NCBI GenBank assembly: GCA_910588545.1
Contig: CAJUOU010000001.1
Coordinates: 547,975 to 611,974, forward strand
DNA: 64,000 nucleotides
Direction of reading: 5' to 3'
From: an uncultured Christensenellaceae bacterium
GTDB lineage: Bacteria > Bacillota > Clostridia > Christensenellales > UBA3700
Below, in pieces: positions 58,896 through 64,000 of the stretch; within the stretch, counting starts at the first letter, position 1; each line of letters opens with the position of its first letter. The position numbers and the translations under genes were made by a program. The notes below the pieces were generated by a model. That model was given only the letters and a program-made list of their open reading frames with translations, was not told the origin of the DNA and made no database searches.

Positions 58896-59519
58896 ATGAA
58901 AAAAAATCTTGTTGCAATAGAAACCGCTGCAATCCTTGTTTTAATCGGTTTAATTATTGCGGGTATAATATTAAAAATCTTCACACTTATTATAATACCT
59001 ATTTGTTTGTTGATTATAGGCATTTTAGGTATTGCAATTTATAAAATTATTGAACTTAAAAGAAATGGCGATGCCAAAGGCAATACTAACACTGACAATG
59101 ATAAAGACGGAAAGGCAGCAAATTTTTCAAATCCGAAAAATGCTTGGGAGTTTTCCACAATAGGCGAAAAGACAAAAAGCATAGCTTTTATTTTTACCTT
59201 TACAGTTTGCTGTATAGCCTTTTTGATACTGTGTATGTACGGCCATATTAAAGCAGGCATAATCACAATAATTGTTGGCATTGTTTTAATAGTTTTAGCC
59301 ATTATTACAATGGCAGTTATCGAAAAATATTTGATAAAAAAACATAAGGAAAATAAAAATAATTACAGTTCAAATTCGGAGCTTGTTGAAACAACAGAAG
59401 AAAGCAATCAGCCTTTAAACATAGTCTCCACTACCCCAATTTCACAAGAACAAAACAAAGATTTCGCATTGCAAATCGAGGATAACGCTGACCAACAGCC
59501 TTCCGACACAGACATTTAA
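58896..59519 (+). CDS. membrane protein, unknown function
   Basis: 207 aa; about four TM helices; polar C-terminal tail; AGGAG SD. Confidence 0.6.
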   Translation: MKKNLVAIETAAILVLIGLIIAGIILKIFTLIIIPICLLIIGILGIAIYKIIELKRNGDAKGNTNTDNDKDGKAANFSNPKNAWEFSTIGEKTKSIAFIFTFTVCCIAFLILCMYGHIKAGIITIIVGIVLIVLAIITMAVIEKYLIKKHKENKNNYSSNSELVETTEESNQPLNIVSTTPISQEQNKDFALQIEDNADQQPSDTDI

Positions 59520-59572
59520 ATTAAATTTGTTGATATAAAAAAACAGCCGTAAATTTACGGCTATTTTTTTAT

Positions 59573-60442
59573 TTAAAACATTGTGAGTTGTTCGCAAAGT
59601 ACTTTTTCCTCAAAAGTCCTGCAATACTCAAACAGCTTATCTATATTAGTCTCTATACCATACTTTTTGCACTCGGAATAAAAATATTTCATAATTTCAT
59701 CATTATTTTTACTGCCTACTACATAACTATCGCCGTAAATTTTTTTATATTTTGCAGACAAATTAGGAAAATGTTTGTCGAGCTGCTTATAAAAATATTC
59801 CCTGTTTCCGTTACGCAATGTAAGCCCCATACCAAAACAAATAATACCATAAACTTTTGCTTGTATGCAATAATTTAAAATGCCCTCTATATTTTGTTTG
59901 GTATCGTTGATAAACGGAAGTATTGGCGACAACCATACAACTGTTGGAATATCGTTATCTCGCAATATATTTAAAACTTCCGCACGTCTTTTTGTAGTAC
60001 AAACATTAGGCTCGATTTTTTTGCACAAATCTTCGTCAAAAGTCGTCAAAGTTATTTGAACAACGCATTTTGCTTTCTCATTTATGCTTTTTAGCAAGTC
60101 CAAATCCCGCAAAATCAAGTCCGACTTAGTTATAATGCTAACTCCAAAACCATATCTGTCAATTAGTTCCAACGCTTTTCGCATATTACAAAGTTTGCTT
60201 TCCAATGGTATATACGGGTCGGTCATACTGCCGGTACCTATCATACATTTTTTACGCTTTTTTCTGAGTGTATTTTCCAGCAATTCAATCGCATTACCTT
60301 TTACTTCAATATCTTCAAAATCATGATACATTTGATAACAATCACTACGTGAGTCACAATAAATGCAACCATGTACGCAACCACGATATAAATTCATTCC
60401 ATTTTTAGCAGATAAAATCCCCTTTGACTTAACAATATGCAC
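59573..60442 (-). CDS. radical SAM protein (SplB/COG1533-like)
   Basis: CVHGCIYC (CxxxCxxC) near the N-terminus. GTG 60442 preceded by AGGAGA. Confidence 0.8.
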   Translation of the reverse strand: MHIVKSKGILSAKNGMNLYRGCVHGCIYCDSRSDCYQMYHDFEDIEVKGNAIELLENTLRKKRKKCMIGTGSMTDPYIPLESKLCNMRKALELIDRYGFGVSIITKSDLILRDLDLLKSINEKAKCVVQITLTTFDEDLCKKIEPNVCTTKRRAEVLNILRDNDIPTVVWLSPILPFINDTKQNIEGILNYCIQAKVYGIICFGMGLTLRNGNREYFYKQLDKHFPNLSAKYKKIYGDSYVVGSKNNDEIMKYFYSECKKYGIETNIDKLFEYCRTFEEKVLCEQLTMF

Positions 60443-60650
60443 TATAATTTCTCCTATTTTTATTATAACATAAATTATACATTTTTTCAATAATAATTGC
60501 GTATTACAACATTTAAAAATAAATATGCATACCTAATAACTAGGTGTGCATATTTAATAATTTTTATTATTAGTAGTACATGAAATTAACTTGTAAAATT
60601 ACTTTTTTTGCAGTTATCATTTGACAAATCTTATTTTGAACGCATAAAAA

Positions 60651-61106
60651 TTATAATGATGCTGAATAAAATGACATATCAGCTTTTTGTAAAGAATCCA
60701 AATCATCTTGCATAAGGTCCTTTATAGTAATACTATCAAAATATTCATTAATCAAATTATGCAGGTCTTTCCACATCTTTATTGTACGACATTGTCCCAC
60801 ATTTTCACATGGTTTAGCACCACATTCTAAACAGGCAACAGGTGCAAGGTCTCCTTCAACAAGCCGCAAAATTTCTCCTACTGTATACTCTTTTGGATTT
60901 CGTGTTAGCTTGTAGCCACCACCCTTACCATGAAGTCCTTCAACTATATTATTTTGTTTAAGTATGGTCAAAATATGCTCCAAATATTTTAAAGAAAGAC
61001 TTTGTCTTTGTGCTACTTGTTTCATAGGGATATATGTCCCATTGCCATTTTCAGCAAGGTCTATTATTATTCTTAATGCATATCTTCCTTTTGTAGAGAT
61101 TGTCAT
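60651..61106 (-). CDS. Rrf2-family regulator (CymR/IscR-like, three-Cys type)
   Basis: MTISTKGRYALRIIIDL..., C-x-x-C-x5-C cluster. Last gene of the metY-cysK operon. Confidence 0.85.
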   Translation of the reverse strand: MTISTKGRYALRIIIDLAENGNGTYIPMKQVAQRQSLSLKYLEHILTILKQNNIVEGLHGKGGGYKLTRNPKEYTVGEILRLVEGDLAPVACLECGAKPCENVGQCRTIKMWKDLHNLINEYFDSITIKDLMQDDLDSLQKADMSFYSASL

Positions 61107-61190
61107 TTTATACTTCCTTTATAATTTATTTAATAAACACTTATTTTTAGCAAACAAAAAATTTATATTATTACTTATATTTATTTTAAC

Positions 61191-62123
61191 TTAATCATTG
61201 AATAAAGTAGTTGATAAATACCTGTCTCCTGTGTCTGGCAAAAGAACTACTATTGTTTTTCCTTCATTATCAGGATTTTTTGCTAGTTGAATTGCAGCGT
61301 AAACTGCCGCTCCAGAAGATATACCAACCAGTATACCTTCGCTCTTACCTATCAACTTACTGGTAGCAAATGCATTATCATCAGATACTGAAATTATCTC
61401 GTCATAAATCTTTGTATTAAGCACATCTGGAACAAAGCCTGCTCCAATACCTTGTATCTTATGCACTCCTGCTACACCAGTGGACAAAACAGCAGAAGTA
61501 GCTGGCTCAACTGCCACAACTTTAACTGCTGGATTTTTGGATTTAAGATATTCGCCTACTCCAGTTATTGTACCACCTGTGCCTACGCCTGCAACAAAAA
61601 TATCAATTTTTCCATCAGTATCTTCATATATTTCTGGACCTGTCGCAACATAGTGTGCCATAGGATTAGCAGGATTTATAAACTGACCTGGTATAAAACT
61701 ATTAGGTATTTCACTTGCAAGTTCTTTAGCCTTAGCTATTGCACCTTTCATCCCTTTTGCACCCTCTGTAAGTACAAGTTGAGCGCCATACGCTTTCATT
61801 ATTTGTCTACGTTCAATGGACATTGTCTCAGGCATAACAATGATTATTTTATATCCTCTTGCAGCAGCAACGGATGCAAGTCCTATGCCAGTGTTACCTG
61901 AAGTAGGTTCAATAATCACTGTATCAGCATTTAATTTTCCTGACTTTTCTGCTTCATCAATCATTGCCTTAGCAATTCTATCTTTGACTGAGCCTGCTGG
62001 ATTAAATAGTTCTAATTTTGCAATTATCTTTGCCTTAAGGTCATATAGTTTTTCAATATGTGTCAACTCTAAAAGTGGAGTTCTACCAATTAATTGGTCT
62101 GCTTGTGTATAAATCTTTGACAT
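61191..62123 (-). CDS. cysK: cysteine synthase A (O-acetylserine sulfhydrylase)
   Basis: 310 aa; NPAGSVKDR PLP-Lys motif, GVGTGGTITG. Confidence 0.95.
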   Translation of the reverse strand: MSKIYTQADQLIGRTPLLELTHIEKLYDLKAKIIAKLELFNPAGSVKDRIAKAMIDEAEKSGKLNADTVIIEPTSGNTGIGLASVAAARGYKIIIVMPETMSIERRQIMKAYGAQLVLTEGAKGMKGAIAKAKELASEIPNSFIPGQFINPANPMAHYVATGPEIYEDTDGKIDIFVAGVGTGGTITGVGEYLKSKNPAVKVVAVEPATSAVLSTGVAGVHKIQGIGAGFVPDVLNTKIYDEIISVSDDNAFATSKLIGKSEGILVGISSGAAVYAAIQLAKNPDNEGKTIVVLLPDTGDRYLSTTLFND

Positions 62124-62139
62124 ATTTTAGTCCTCCAAA

Positions 62140-63426
62140 TTATTTTACTGCCTGAAAACCCTTTTCAAGGTCAGCTATAATATCGTCAATATGCTCTGTA
62201 CCAATGGAAAGCCTAATGGTATTTTGCTTGATACCTTGGTCTTTAAGTTCTTGGTCTGTAAGTTGACTATGAGTTGTTGTTGCAGGATGAATTACAAGAC
62301 TTTTTACATCTGCAACATTAGCAAGCAATGAAAATATCTCCAAATTATCAATAAACTTGTGTGCTTCAGAAACTCCACCTTTTATCTCAAAAGTAAAGAT
62401 AGAACCGCCACCATTTGGAAAATACTTTTTATAAAGTGCGTTATCTGGGTGATTCTTAAGTGATGGATGATTAACTTTTTCAACTTTTGGGTGTTTTGAT
62501 AGATATTCAATTACTCTCTTAGTATTCTCTGCATGACGCTCTAGCCTTAAAGACAGTGTTTCTGTACCTTGTAAAAGCAAAAATGCTGCAAATGGCGAAA
62601 TAGTTGCACCTGTATCACGAAGAAGTACTGCTCTTATATATGTAACAAATGCAGCAGGTCCAACCGCTTTTACAAAAGAAATATTGTGATAAGACGGATT
62701 AGGTTCTGCTATTGCTGGATACTTGCCAGAAACAGTCCAATCAAATTTACCACTATCTACAATAACGCCTCCAAGAGTTGTTCCATGACCACCTATAAAT
62801 TTTGTTGCTGAATGCACAACTATGTCTGCCCCATGTTCAATAGGTCGTATAAGATATGGTGTGCCAAACGTATTGTCAACAACTAGTGGCAATCCGTACT
62901 TGTGTGCAAGTTCTGCAAGAGCATCAATATCAGGTATATCGCTGTTGGGATTTCCTAGTGTCTCAATATATATGGCTCTTGTGTCATCTTGAATTGCATT
63001 TTCAACCTCTTTAAGATTGTGTATATCTACAAAAGTAGTTTTAATACCAAAATTTGTAAGTGTATGAGCAAGAAGATTGTAGCTTCCACCATATATAGTC
63101 TTTTGTGAAACAAAATGACCGCCATTTTGTCCAAGAGCTTGTAGCGTATATGTAATAGCTGCAGCACCTGAAGCTAAAGCCAATGCTGACACACCACCTT
63201 CTAGTGCAGCAATCCTTTTTTCAAACACATCTTGAGTTGAATTAGTCAAACGACCATAAATATTACCTGCATCCTCAAGCCCAAAGCGAGCTGCAGCGTG
63301 AGCAGAATTCTTAAAAACATAAGATGTAGTTGCATAAATAGGCACAGCACGAGCGTCCGTTGCAGAGTCTGGTTGCTCCTGTCCTACATGAAGTTGAAGT
63401 GTTTCAAATTTATATTTATTAGACAT
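62140..63426 (-). CDS. metY: O-acetylhomoserine sulfhydrylase
   Basis: 428 aa; Cys/Met-metabolism PLP family, HSATKFIGGHG PLP-Lys motif. Confidence 0.9.
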   Translation of the reverse strand: MSNKYKFETLQLHVGQEQPDSATDARAVPIYATTSYVFKNSAHAAARFGLEDAGNIYGRLTNSTQDVFEKRIAALEGGVSALALASGAAAITYTLQALGQNGGHFVSQKTIYGGSYNLLAHTLTNFGIKTTFVDIHNLKEVENAIQDDTRAIYIETLGNPNSDIPDIDALAELAHKYGLPLVVDNTFGTPYLIRPIEHGADIVVHSATKFIGGHGTTLGGVIVDSGKFDWTVSGKYPAIAEPNPSYHNISFVKAVGPAAFVTYIRAVLLRDTGATISPFAAFLLLQGTETLSLRLERHAENTKRVIEYLSKHPKVEKVNHPSLKNHPDNALYKKYFPNGGGSIFTFEIKGGVSEAHKFIDNLEIFSLLANVADVKSLVIHPATTTHSQLTDQELKDQGIKQNTIRLSIGTEHIDDIIADLEKGFQAVK

Positions 63427-63659
63427 TGTTTTTTCTCCTTTTAATTATTAATTTTATATATTGTAATATTTTTAATTTAATTTCTTAATTTGATTTTTGT
63501 TGTTTATTATTTACTTCATTGTTTTTTACACATTCGTCCAAAACGATAATTTGCTCTGACAAGCTTTTCAAAATAATTTTGCATGCTCATACCTTCCTAT
63601 ATACTTTTAAATTGTTTTATATCCAAATTGAATTATTCAACCTACTAAGTTACTATGAT

Positions 63660-63705
63660 TATAAACCTATTTACCTACTATGTCAATAGGTTTATAGTAT
63701 TTTTT
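63660..63705 (+). other. 11-bp perfect palindrome plus T-run, about 230 nt upstream of metY (operator or orphan plus-strand terminator)
   Basis: tataaacctat (63660-63670) pairs with ataggtttata (63686-63696), followed by gtattttttt. Confidence 0.4.
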
Positions 63706-63866
63706 TAAATTTTTTTTCTTAAAGTTATATTTTGATATTATTACTTTATGTAGCAATATAGAAATTACTATGCTTCTAATAGAATTTCAAATGAAGATAA
63801 ATATAAAATTTATTTTGATAACTTTATTAAAAATTCATTTAAATTAATATACTCCAATTATAAAAC

Positions 63867-63891
63867 AAAAAAAAGCTGCATTATTTGCAGC
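63867..63891 (-). terminator. terminator of a minus-strand gene lying beyond the window end
   Basis: Minus strand gctgca-aataa-tgcagc followed by T8. Confidence 0.6.
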
Positions 63892-64000
63892 ATATTTAAT
63901 TTAAAATAGTTTTAAAAAGAAAAATTAATTAATTAGCCAATAGTTCCTAAATTTATTTTATAATAAAAGACGCAGATAAGATACTTTCATTGTATCAACT

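Overview
About 30% GC, Firmicutes/Clostridia-type chromosome from an endospore former (pro-sigma-K, yqfC, yqfD present). All calls rest on reading the sequence and ORF track by eye and on recalled family motifs; no searches were run. Most of the window is conserved housekeeping, almost all on the minus strand: groES-groEL with a CIRCE operator; trpS; iscR-nifS-nifU; sigK; hup; a DEAD-box helicase; ppdK; the Bacillus-like yqfC-yqfD-phoH-pgpH-ybeY-era-yqzL-recO block; dnaB; pepF; a patatin-like lipase; rsmD-coaD; alr; a PaaK/IorAB/PaaK/ACT aromatic 2-oxoacid cluster; an aconitase; a stretch of small accessory genes; and a metY-cysK-Rrf2 sulfur operon. The stand-out is a ~10.1 kb element (body 44009-54093) inserted into the anticodon loop of tRNA-Thr, in a Pro-Met-Asp-Phe-Thr-Tyr tRNA operon. 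It is bounded by 183-bp direct repeats (182/183 identical) that duplicate the 3' half of tRNA-Thr, a whole tRNA-Tyr and the operon terminator. It carries an XRE repressor with a lipoprotein and three operator palindromes, a run of secreted or membrane-anchored proteins of unknown function, a Zot/pI-type assembly ATPase, an SSB, a tyrosine integrase and a pC194/pUB110-type HUH Rep. A CTTGATA nick-site motif lies just downstream of rep, preceded by unusual alternating purine-pyrimidine GC-rich tracts. I read it as an integrated rolling-circle, inovirus-like (filamentous-phage-like) prophage of a Gram-positive host. Its structural genes are unrecognisable and I found no obvious small major-coat gene. 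Smaller observations: a J-like protein with a poly-Cys tail beside a DUF5685-like gene, a HEPN-like/nucleotidyltransferase pair, two micro-genes with textbook signals, an alr gene without a canonical start codon, a frameshifted GrpB gene, and an internally deleted MATE gene behind a structured leader.
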